Source of the DNA: Dicyema japonicum
Taxonomy: Eukaryota; Animalia; Dicyemida
Length of the DNA: 64,000 nt
Assembly: GCA_011109175.1 (NCBI GenBank)
Contig: RDEW01000044.1
Location: forward strand, 350,743 to 414,742
Direction: 5' to 3'
Below the pieces are notes generated by a model. It searched no databases and was not told where the DNA came from. It worked only from the letters and a program-made list of their open reading frames with translations. The position numbers and the translations under genes are program-made. Positions 53,066 through 64,000 of the stretch are shown piece after piece; the stretch's first letter is position 1, and each line of letters starts with the position of its first letter.

Positions 53066-53375
53066 ATTCGGATCATTTTTTTGTTTAGAATCAATATTTT
53101 CTTTTCTAAAAATTAGTTTAATTTCTTTTTTTTCAAAAATTTATTAACAATAAAATATTATTTTTTAACTATGGGGGAGAGCGGCGCTGACATCACGGAG
53201 TAAGCGTTTCCGCGAACAACTGCGATACCAATTCTTTGCCTCAGCCAGACCGCTTCCCGCAAGTCTTTAGTTTAATTAAAAACTTTATTTAATTTTTTTA
53301 ATTAAATATTATAAAATAAAATTTAAAATAAAACAACTCAATATTCAAATTGGAATAAATAATTATCATCACTTG

Positions 53376-54307
53376 ATGCTACAATTGATGCTTACGAAAA
53401 AGTAAAATTTTGTTGTTTACAAGATTTTTCAATATTCTTGTATTTTTAACACTTTTCTTCTCTATAATATATTTTTTGTCCAATAATATAGAACAATCTC
53501 AAATCGAATTCAAAAGCAGCCAAATTGCTCAAAGCAAACAATTTTTTGTATGGTTTTAACTAGTGTGACCAATTATAAAACACGTGGAGTTTCTGTTTTA
53601 AACACGTGGGGGAAAAGATGTGACAAAGTTCTAATTTTTGTTGGAAGACCAGGCCTGAAGGAAAAACACGTGGTTTCATTAGACATTAATGACGACTATG
53701 AACATCTCCCATCCAAAACTTTTGGAGCGTTTGAATACATTGAGGATAACTTTTCTGGGCAGTTTGACTGGGTTATCAAGGCTGATGATGACACTTACAT
53801 TATTATGGAGAATCTGAGATATTTTCTGAAATTCTATGACCCAATTGATTTGAACAGCTTCGGTCTTAAGTTTTACAAGTATTTTCCGAACGGGTACTTC
53901 AGTGGAGGAGCATCTTACATTCTCAGCAAAACAGCTGTTAATAAAGTCGTTTCGGGCTTTAAATCTAAGGTACTTGATTTTGTCGATTTTAGAATCAACA
54001 TTGTTATGCAGATACTGGAATGGAGGACCTCAAAATTGGGGAATGTCTCAACTTCCTTAATGTACCCATTGTCACCGATGAATCCCGACCTACAAAATTC
54101 TCCCCTTTTAATTTTTATGATACTATTTTAAAGAACTTCCCTAAATGGTACAAAAAATATAGAAAAATTGATTCTTTTCCAGTTTGACCCAATTATGAAA
54201 TTTAGGAGCATTCCAATTTTCACAGAAATTTAATTTCTCTACATTATATGACTCCTAATGATATGAAAGTTGCTGACTACTTTGTTTATAATATTCTTAT
54301 AAGATAA
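53376..54307 (+). pseudogene. C1GALT1: T-synthase-like, copy 3 (one -1 frameshift near 53529; pseudogene or sequencing error); exons 53376-53401, 53424-53969, 53993-54181, 54206-54307
   Basis: Near-identical to copy 2 in the catalytic region; introns of 22, 23 and 24 nt; gctcaaag versus gcttcaaag in copy 2; lacks one stalk repeat. Confidence 0.8.
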
Positions 54308-54414
54308 CACATTTTATTGATTTTTTATTCTGTACTTTACATTATTTATTTCGATATTATGTGTTCATAAAGACTATTCAGGACTCCCTAGCTTGAATAG
54401 GATACCAATGCGAA

Positions 54415-54890
54415 ATGGCAGAGTTGGAATTTGTTTCCAGACGGACGAGCCTGCTATTGATAAACCGATCTAAATGTCTCAGGTGAGCATAGGCAGACTG
54501 TGAACCTGGTTTAAGAGACTGACCTTATCTATCAGGCGGTATGGTCAGACAGATGAGTTTGGAATTAAAAGACTGGTCTGAATGCGTAGATCGTCTAGTC
54601 TAGTATTGAGAGAGCGATCTAAATGTCTCAGGTGAGAATATGCAGACGGTGAGTCTGGTTTGAGAGACCACTATAAATATCTCAGTTGAGCATAGGCAGA
54701 CGGTAAGACTTGTGCTGACAAACCGACCTAAATGTCTCAACAGATGATAAGCAGACGGTGAGTCTGATGTTGAAAGACCAGTCTGATTGTCTCTGCTGAG
54801 TATGGTTAGATCGATGACCATGGGTTAACAAACCGGTCTAAGTCTATCAGATGAGCGTGGTTAGACAGACAACCATTTGTCAACCAAGTC
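54415..54890. repeat. Degenerate ~54-bp tandem array (shorter paralog at about 7270-7590)
   Basis: ctaaatgtctca-like unit starts at 54470, 54524, 54619, 54673, 54728, 54783, 54838. Confidence 0.8.
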
Positions 54891-56427
54891 GGCATCGAAA
54901 CGGATGCAGAACACAGACTTTTAATCCCAGTCGTATTGAGATCCCATATGGACGCATTCATCATCCATGAAGGTACCCAGAACTCCATTTGGAAATCACA
55001 TAAGTTACAAATGTCTTTAGTCATGACAAATGATTGATTGACAGCTGTCAATATGGGCGCAGCACCACCTACGCTCTAGGGATTGCGACACATCGTATTA
55101 ATCAATGATTTCTCATTAACGAATTGTGAATAATGTCTCTTTTTATGTAAATTTATTATTCAAGAAAGTCTTTTAAGTTCCTATGAAGAAAATAGCATCC
55201 GAATTTTGCACGAGAAGGTGATCTACTAAAAATTTAGCTCTGGGATAGGACGAATCAGAGTTTTGGCTCCCCTGACCTGACCAGATTGGTGATATTATCG
55301 ATCAAATCATTTCCGTGCTAGGACCACCACAACAATAAGGAACTTGTGGGGACGCCATCACTTTCAGCTAGACGCTTTATAGCAGTCGGCCTCGTGCATG
55401 TTAGAAAGCTCTGGGTAACTAACTAACAATTAAGTAAAAGCAATAATACATTTTTTTCCTGGCACGTGTTCATTAATCTTGATCAGAGTATCTTCGGAGT
55501 CGAGGTGTATATTAATAGTATATGTTTAATGGAATCGCGTTGGTTTAGGATAAATCTATCAGAGACTTGATATTGCATGGGATTCATGGGGGTGACTTAA
55601 ATAATGAGCAAGGGACACTAAAAGTAAAATGTGCTGAAGAAAATATAATGAATAGCTCTCTCTTCATAGGGGAATGTCCACGAACCTATCCTTCCCTTTT
55701 CTCCATACTGAGTGTGTACGAGACCGATACATAGTCAGAAGCATTGATTCGAAGTTGACCGAGATTTCTGTATAAAAATATTGACTCGATATCAACCTAG
55801 ATTACTGTATGGTTTTTTGATTACGATCTTTCTTCACAGAATTATCGTATCTATTAAAACTCTAGTAAATAGAATGGCCCTGTTAGTCTTACTGTCTTAT
55901 CTCTTCAATGTTAGTGTAATCTCGGATTCAATGGACGTCAGATACGCTAAGATTTTGATAACCAATATCACAATTCGATTCAGATAAACTTAAATAAGAT
56001 TGCGGTGAAACTGCAAGTAATTATTACTTGCTAATGGCCATTAGAGTGGTATATGTATTTCTAAGTAAAGACGCATTCTATCTTATTAAAAAATAAGTTT
56101 GAGATTTTTTGCCTACCCAGGACCACCTGGACTCGACGTGAATTTTGGGGATCTATGTAAGAGACATGTTTAGAGACTGCGTCTCCAAATAGTTTTAAGA
56201 TTCCTACATGCAGAAATAACAATTTATTTTAACTTCTACAAGAAGAGAAAATTTTCGAAGATCAGTTGCAAGTATTTAGCAGAAGAGATGTAATTATCAT
56301 TTCTCGAAAATTTTCAATTTTAATTATTAACATTTTAAAATAAATTTATTTGAAAAAAATAATATTTAAAATGTAAAATAAAATAAATAATTAATTCAAA
56401 TTATATTCATATTCACTTTGTCTAATC

Positions 56428-57369
56428 ATGTTCCGATTAGTGATTCCAAGAAAGTAATTTTTTTATTGATCCTAAGATTTGTTAATATTCTAGTGATACT
56501 AACAATTTTCTTCTCTATTACATTATCTTTTGGTTAATACTGGACAGTATATAGTCAAATTCAAAAAAAGTAGGAAAGATGTCTTTTTTAATCAAACTAT
56601 TTTTTGCATGGTTTTGACTTCTGTGGGCAAATATAAAACACGTGGAATTACTATTAAAAAAACGTGGGGAAAAGATGCGACAAAATTCTATTTTTTGTTG
56701 TAAAACCTGGCCTGAATATAATGAACGTTGTTTCGTTGGACATTAAAGACGACTATGAGCATCTCCCAACGAAAACTTTTAAAGCGCTAAAATACATAGA
56801 GGACAAATTTTCAGGCCAGTTTGACTGGGTTATCAAGGCCGATGATGACACATACATTATTATGGAGAATCTGAGATATTTTCTGAAATTCTACGACTCA
56901 TTTAGTTTGATCAGTTTAGGACATAAGTTTTACAAGTATTACTCTAATGGGTACCTCAGTGGAGGGGCTTCCTACATTCTCAGCAAAACAGCTGTTAGTA
57001 AAGTCGTTTCGGCTTTTAAACATAAAGTATTTTCATTCTGGCGATTTCAGATTCCTGGGTGTTCTGAAGATGATGCGACTGAGGATGTAAAAATGGGTGA
57101 ATGTCTAAACCACCTCAATGTACAAATCGTCTCTGAAGAATCCAAGCCTTCAAAATTTTCAGCTTTAAATTTGTATGATACCGTTTTGAAGAAATTTCCC
57201 AAATGGTTCGTAGATTACAGGAAATTTGATACTTTTCCGGTTTGACCTAATTAGTGAAATTTAGGAGCATTCTAATGTTCATAGAAATCTAATTTCTCTG
57301 CATTACATGACTCATGTTGATATGAAAGTTTTAGATTTCTTAATTTATGATGTTGAGGTTGTGAGGTAA
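56428..57369 (+). pseudogene. C1GALT1: T-synthase-like, copy 4 (+1 shift near 56530, -1 shift near 56671; pseudogene or homopolymer errors); exons 56428-56453, 56477-57026, 57051-57239, 57265-57369
   Basis: WVIKADDDTYIIMENL, GYLSGGASY, EDVKMGECL, ISLHY; introns of 23, 24 and 25 nt at positions homologous to copies 1-3. Confidence 0.8.
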
Positions 57370-57859
57370 TGAGTTGATTTTTCTTATTAAAACTATATCT
57401 GCCGGAAATGCTGGAGTGTCATAAGTGCCGAACAAAATCTTGATGGTCACGTATTCGAATCTCGTTGATATACATTTCGACTAAGGTTCTAACTGAGCTA
57501 TGGATTGACGAGTGTCGTCATCATCAGTAAATATTTTGCTAAAGGAACCAGATCGTTTACTAAGACTTGCAGGCGAAAAAAGGTAACAGAAGTGAAGAAA
57601 AATTGACGGTTCCCTTACTGAGATAAAATTGGGTCATCTCTTCTCTTTTTCTTGTCAGCTTTTGAATTCTACCAGGCCAGCGACATTTGACTGATCTATG
57701 AGCCGTCAGCATTGAAGTTAATTAATGTCCAATTAAGGTATATCGAGTTCCCATAGTTGGAGTGAAACGCATACTACCCAATCTTCGCATACCACCATTG
57801 TAGCAATCCCCAATCACTAAGAAAGAGCAGATGTTTTGTAGATACAAGTCAGTTTATAG

Positions 57860-58030
57860 ACGTCTCCTGAAACAGGTGGCTCTAAGAAGGTAAAGAGCAG
57901 ATCGGAATCTTCTAACCAAGTAGGTATCGCCCTAGGAATCGAACCCACAGATAATCGCGACTTAAAAACAACACTCCACCATAGTACAAGTCGTTACTTT
58001 TTTGTTAACCACAGTTTCCATTTTGAAGAA
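57860..58030 (+). repeat. Unclassified dispersed repeat; copies at about 59550-59700 and 60200-60290
   Basis: Shared (c)aaataggtag...gaatcgaaccca motif. Confidence 0.45.
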
Positions 58031-61000
58031 CTTAGAGGTACATAGAAGAAATTAATCAACACTACTTCCAATCATTAAACTGTACTCAGGAGAAGCTCTC
58101 TACAATGACACTAATCAAATTTGGAATCAGCATTTTCCTTATTAAAATCTGATTCTTTGAAAAATTCTAAATGAAGTCCACTTCCTCAATTCGTTATTCA
58201 AATTACAATAATTTTGATGTGGTTACGTACCTCTATTCACGAAATGTCTACTTAGCTTTATGGTGGATCAAAGCCTTGTCTTCATATTCCTCTGAGTGTG
58301 GCAGAGGTGACGACTAGGGAGAGATGAAACGTCAAGTTCTTGACAACGAAAGTGTCTAATGCACATATGATTGGAATATGAATCTCGTCCAGCCCAAAAA
58401 GAAAAATAATTTTGAGGAACATTTGTCAGAAGTTGAATGGTAAGTCCTACTGTTGTGGACATTACTTCATCATACATAGAGGAGTTTTCAGAATGGTAAT
58501 CTTCACCAGTGGATTTTGACAAGGAATGGTAGGTCCTCACAGGTTCGATAGGTTTGACGAGAATTCACTCTTCGTTGAAAAAACTGCAAGCTTATTATAG
58601 CTTAAAGTCAATAATTTTTAAGGTAAACAAATAAAAGATGATTTTTTGATGAAATAAAACGAATTGCTTCAAAACATCAAAATTAATTTTAATCAACGCA
58701 GTTTGAATGGCAAAGCTATTTTCCCTGATAATAGCTATCGAGATAGGCTCTCGAGGCAATCCAGTTTCACGTAGATCCTTGCTGACCCTTTGGATCATTG
58801 GCCCATCGATGGACTAGGTCGTCTGCTGACCCCTTAACAAAAAAGGACAATCAAATAATCCTCCAAAGATAATTTACTATGTATTATACAGGGAGAAAAT
58901 TCACTGATGCTAGTTGACTGAATCAAAAGATACTTTGACCTGATTGCAGATTAGTATTCTTGTAGATAATATCAGTAGATTATACATCATCCAAAATTAC
59001 GCTAAAACTGTGTTTACAAACTTTGGTTGATTTATTTAATTAGCCAAAATATACTGAGAGGTGATTAAGTATAATCTAGGTATATGCTGTCTCCCAGGAA
59101 ATATAGTGAGAAAAAATTATTATGTCTGCCATGAGAACCACTTTTCTGAAAAATAGTGTAAACTCTTCCAGTCGCACTAAATGATGACTCAAAAACAATG
59201 AAAAGGGAGCTGAAAACCGCAGACGACCTAGACCCTATAAAGTCAGATCAAATATAGTACTTCGCACGCTCCCAGCTCAGAGAGGTCTGCATTTAAACTG
59301 GGGTTTTATCAAAAGTGCAGAATTTACCATCATGAACTCTGGGAGCCTCAACAAAGATTGGCTAAGAGATGTGTATTAATCTAAGAAAATATATGTGACC
59401 CCTGTTTCCATGATAACTAAGTGATCCCAATTCTCACTCATCCATTCAATGATAACATCCATCCAATCAATAATTGTGGGAACCTCTCCAGTGTAATAGG
59501 AAAGAATAAGTTACTGGTGGTAGCCTTTGACAGTCGGATCGCATGACGCCTCTCAGGGATTAAAAAACAGAAAAAAATTCTTCGACAAAATAGGTAGCGT
59601 TGTAAGAATCGAACCCAGAGCCAATCGCAACAAAAGCCATAGGCCTAGCGTTTACTTTGTTAACAAGGGCCTGGACTCCTTACTAGAGTACATCTTCAAC
59701 AATTCAAAATCCACAGTAAACTAGAACTACATAAGCAGGTCACAACCTCATGTACAAAGGCCACTATTCTTCTCCATACAACCACCCCTTTGGTCTCAAT
59801 AATTTCTACTGATCCTCCTTTTAACTTTGCGTCAGAGCTCATCTGAAAACAAACCTTTCAAAAAATATCGAAATTAGTCGAAGTATTAATATTTGTTATC
59901 CTATTCGTTCGAATTGTCCGAGTTTTCTCAGTTTGAGTTCCTCTGCACAAAAGAAGAGGAACATGAGGTTACTCAAAGGGTATGAAGCTGTTTTACTTTT
60001 TAATAATACCAAATATACCCGAAATAGGTTTCATGGGGTTGCTCCTATCGGATTGGGACGTATGTTTTCCAGCATCGTGTCCTCTCAAATATTTACTATA
60101 ATAAGAACCCCTCACTGAAGTATTGAAGAGAGGGATCATTTTGGATCCGACTAGGTAGTTGGTGGGTCATGCATAAGTGGAACTATGACACATCTAGAGA
60201 TCGAAGAAGGCAAAGAGCAGAAAAGAAATCCTTGACCAAATAGGTAGTAATATATGAATCGATGCGACAACATCAACGTCGAACACTAGACTAGAACCGG
60301 CAAATTTATTATTTATTATTTATAATTCTAAATGTAATAATTAAAGTACTAATTAAATACTAAATATAATAATTACATATTTTTGCTAATAAAATAATTA
60401 TACTAGCAAGATTTCCTATAATTGGCCAAATCTTAAAAGCATCCGCTTGGTCATAATTCAGATCATCCCTTCCCTAAGATATAGAAGAAACTATTTCTTC
60501 AATGGAAATTAATTAAATTTAAATTTAAGAACAAAACCACACCGTCAAAACTAAAAAGAAAAAATTCAGCTTATCCCGGCCTCCCTCACAGTCTTCCCAC
60601 CTTATCCTGGTGTTCAGACTGTATTCCGAACATCTACAATAAGGATGGAGTTAAAGCGCACGAATCCTTCCCAGAAAATTGCTCCAGTGGTATTAATTAT
60701 AGTTTGGAAGCTTCTGGGGAGGATTTCTTTGCAAAAATCCAGGATTCTAAAACAAACTGTATGAGAATTCAAACATGGGAAGTGGGATAACTTAATTGGA
60801 TGACAACCTTTTCCCTTTGAGTTTCTCCAAATTAATAAATTAAATAAATTGAAATATTTTATACAAAAAAGTTGAAAAAAAGCAGGGATCAAGATTGTTC
60901 TGCGCAAGTGACTTTACGAGATTCTAGATAAGGTGAAATGAAATTTAATGATTAGGTTGCAGGAGGAAGTCTCTTAATTTGCTTATAAAAATAGAGACAC

Positions 61001-64000
61001 AGCATGATTTAGTCGGCGATGTTCCTCTGTTACAGAATGACACAGCTCTTAATGTCTTCGTCTCCTAAAGGTGGATACAAGATGTCTTTCCCTTAATAGT
61101 CTGAGTGGTACTCTAATTTTCGAAATAATGAATAATGTGCCAATATCTGGATTCGAATTCACGTTTACTAAAAATGATAAAATTGCTTGATGAAGAAATG
61201 AAATCTGTTGATTCAAATCAACAGAATTGCCGCGGACGTTGTTATTCCAAAAGCTGAGAGACCATCCATCTTATTTAAGGGGTTTTTGAGTTGGATATAT
61301 CAAATAGCGTATATCAAGTTCTAAGGTCAGAGTAAGACACGTCCTTTCCCAACATCACGTCTATTTATATCCGTAGTTGTTGAGACCTACCTGAAAGTAT
61401 GTAAGAGGGAACTCCTTTTTGGATGCAGGTCAGGCAGGGGGTCTACTGAGACAGCTGGATCACACAGAAAACATAGAGTAGCAGCAAGTACTTTGATCAG
61501 TTAGTTGGTGGTGTGAGAATAAAACGTTCAACAAATCGCGATATATCACTAATCACTATTTGCCAATGGTTTAATATCGAACTCCTAGGTTTATGATTCG
61601 GAAAAATAGTGAAAAAACAATATATGCCTTGCTTTACAAAAAAGCTAAACTTTAAAATATTTTTATTAGATGAATCGAGTGTTAAAATTATTCCCATACA
61701 CAAGGGATTTCTAGTAATTTAGGTCTGCGATGATTACGTCTCTCCGTTTATACGCACCGTCCGTCGCTACTAGTGATGAATGATTTGTAAGTGCTCATCT
61801 GCAAGTGCGAGTAAATACACGTGCCTGTATCTGAACCAGCATAAGGATTATGTCTTGTACTACAAAGAGAATAAGTAGTAGTTTGTTTGTGAGCAAACCA
61901 CACACAGTACAATGCTTTGAGCACATGTGAGTGCTGCAGCTTGAATACCGTTTTTCTTAACTTTGTCATTTTTTGTGGGTGCGATCGAGGTGCATGAAAA
62001 CTATGAATCTTATTGAGGCAACTATGCTTTATGGAGACATTTAAATAATGGGAAGATCAAGTCAGAGAGTAAATGCCTTATATACGAAGTTTTTTTTGAC
62101 TTTTATTTATCAATCTGTTGAGTTCATCGTCCAATAAACGATGACTTCTCAGAAATAGTCACATACGCTATTCATTTAAGAAAGGAACATCATAGGATTT
62201 ATTCTCATTCAATTTACCTGAACAAACGAGAAGAAAATATTAATAAAATGAAACTGACTCATTCAAGAACTTGTCAATCTTAAAATCAATTAAGAATTTT
62301 GAAAGTTAACATATTCGGTTCTAATCCATTAAAATAATAATTTTTATTAAATAAATAAAACAAATTAATTAAAAATAAATTTTATAATAAAGCGCTTCGT
62401 TATGTGGTTTCCCATCCAACCCCAACTAAAGAGGAAATCTCATTATTGATTTCTTTCAGTTCCCCTTATTTTGCTGTTGTGTGCTAGACTATTATAGAAT
62501 CTAGTTTCGCGTTGAGATGTTGACTGATGAAGGATTCACTAGTCAAACCAAAGTATCTTAGATGCGTGGAACTTTTAGTCAGAAATTACAGCACGAGATT
62601 GATCTAGGGGTCAATATTCAATTTGGTCTGCACTCGTTAAATAATAATAATAACGTTTAGATAAAATTTTAATAATAATAACGTCTAGCCTTTTTGGTGA
62701 AGGAAAACAAAAGTCAAGATGTATGGTTTATTTTTAGAACCGGCCGTGTCAAAAAGACTTCGTCAGGGACCATTGAATGAAGGTCACTAACTTCGCTGCA
62801 TCGGATAGCTCATCATGATGGGGAAATGGGATACGTAAGTGAAGGGTTGGCTCAATTAGCAGTTTCTGACAAATTGTGAAGGGACTGAGTTTCATTTCAC
62901 TGCAGTCACTCACGTTTGGTTTCAGATTTGTTTGAAAAAAAATTCGTAGGAACAACATTCAAGACTTCAGAGGTAACATAACTATAGGAACAAATTTACA
63001 CCAAGGAAAATTTAGCTACCTATTAGCAGTTCAATGTCTCGGCATTCCCAGCTGCTGAACAGGCATTTGCATCACCCTAAGATTAATCTGATGAGTGCAC
63101 TAAGATTATAGAAGGTTGAAATCCATCCGGTCTTTGAATTCCATACAAAAAAGTACATCAAGTCTGTCATCTCGTGTACATTCTCATCAAGGACCCTTTC
63201 ATCTGTCCACAAAGAAATGAACTCTTAATGTGACAAAACAGTGAACGTCTCGAGTTAAATGTTCAGAACCCTCATCTCTTGAGGCCTTAATTAGGAGGAA
63301 TCCGAGTTTATCAAAAAATGTACTCGGATGACAAGAAAAAGTGAATAAAGCATATTTAAAAGGATTTCTTTTTATACAACCAAACACCTCACTCATCCAC
63401 AGGTAAATAGGTGCTTTTTAGGGATTCGGGGATTCAATACTATTGTGGAAAATATTGAAGTGACGGAGCCAGACGGAAACTTTAAGTAAAGGTGTTCTGT
63501 CTTTGATTTTACAAAAACTGATTTCGAATTTAATTTTCTGAAAGTCGATTTAAATACCCTTTATTTTATTATAAAAGAATGAATAGGAAAGATTGGAGTG
63601 CATCGATCAAAATATGAATTAGACTCTAGCGATATTGAATTCAATTTATAATTACTTAAAGGTTCGTATTAAAAAGATTTTGGTAGAAATACTAATTCAG
63701 ATTTCTGATTGAATGTTGTAATTTTAGTTAAAATCTTTGATTTTTTAAAATCATAAAGTAGTAAAAATCCACTCAAAAAATTATAGCGGATTAATTATCA
63801 AAAACTTTATTAAACCGACAATAAAATAGTTAATATTTAATAATCTAACCTTCGCATCCTCCTCGATTTCTGGTTGCTGAAACAACTCCGAGAGCGCCTT
63901 GTCCAATTGAACCCTCTCCAATATGCGATTTCCGGGCTCTGATCTTATACTCCAGCGTCAGGCTGTCTGGGTCCGCTTTAATACAATTGACTGTTGATAG

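Noticed and set aside
54415-54890. CRISPR-like periodic array
   Set aside because: Whole units are degenerate with no constant repeat/unique spacer pattern; eukaryotic context; no cas genes.
60544-60790. 26-nt GT-AG followed by an open plus-strand frame
   Set aside because: No start or homology; short GT-AG pairs arise by chance in AT-rich DNA.
63865-64000. Minus-strand GC-richer frame with IGQGALGVV resembling a kinase Gly-rich loop
   Set aside because: No downstream VAIK or other kinase motif could be joined by any plausible intron; the window ends here.
1-64000. Spliced-leader RNA array as CRE target
   Set aside because: No repeated snRNA-like unit with an Sm site was seen; identifiable target sites are AT-rich and dissimilar.

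Overview
AT-rich, repeat-dense eukaryotic (animal-like) genomic DNA with assembly gaps. The supplied ORF track uses a prokaryotic model and misses or truncates the real genes, which are split by GT-AG micro-introns of 22-28 nt. Inference: this points to a reduced parasitic metazoan such as a myxozoan or dicyemid, but the taxon cannot be fixed from this window. Host genes found by manual splicing: (1) four paralogous core-1 beta-1,3-galactosyltransferase (C1GALT1/T-synthase-like, GT31) genes, each with three micro-introns and a 189-nt third exon; (2) a K50 PRD-class homeobox gene at about 22.7-23.5 kb that is absent from the ORF track; (3) a TIA1/TIAR-like RRM pseudogene whose last RRM module occurs five times. 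The rest is mostly mobile-element debris: at least four lineages of CRE-clade restriction-like-endonuclease retrotransposons, Jockey/I-like and RTE LINE fragments, Merlin and Tigger transposase relics, and a tRNA-headed SINE, with nested segmental duplications that give filled/empty insertion pairs. The most unusual structures are a CRE copy bracketed by two inverted copies of its own 3' end and an 82-nt GT-AG insert at a deletion junction. All alignments and translations were done by eye, with no database searches. Many frameshifts fall in homopolymers and may be sequencing errors.
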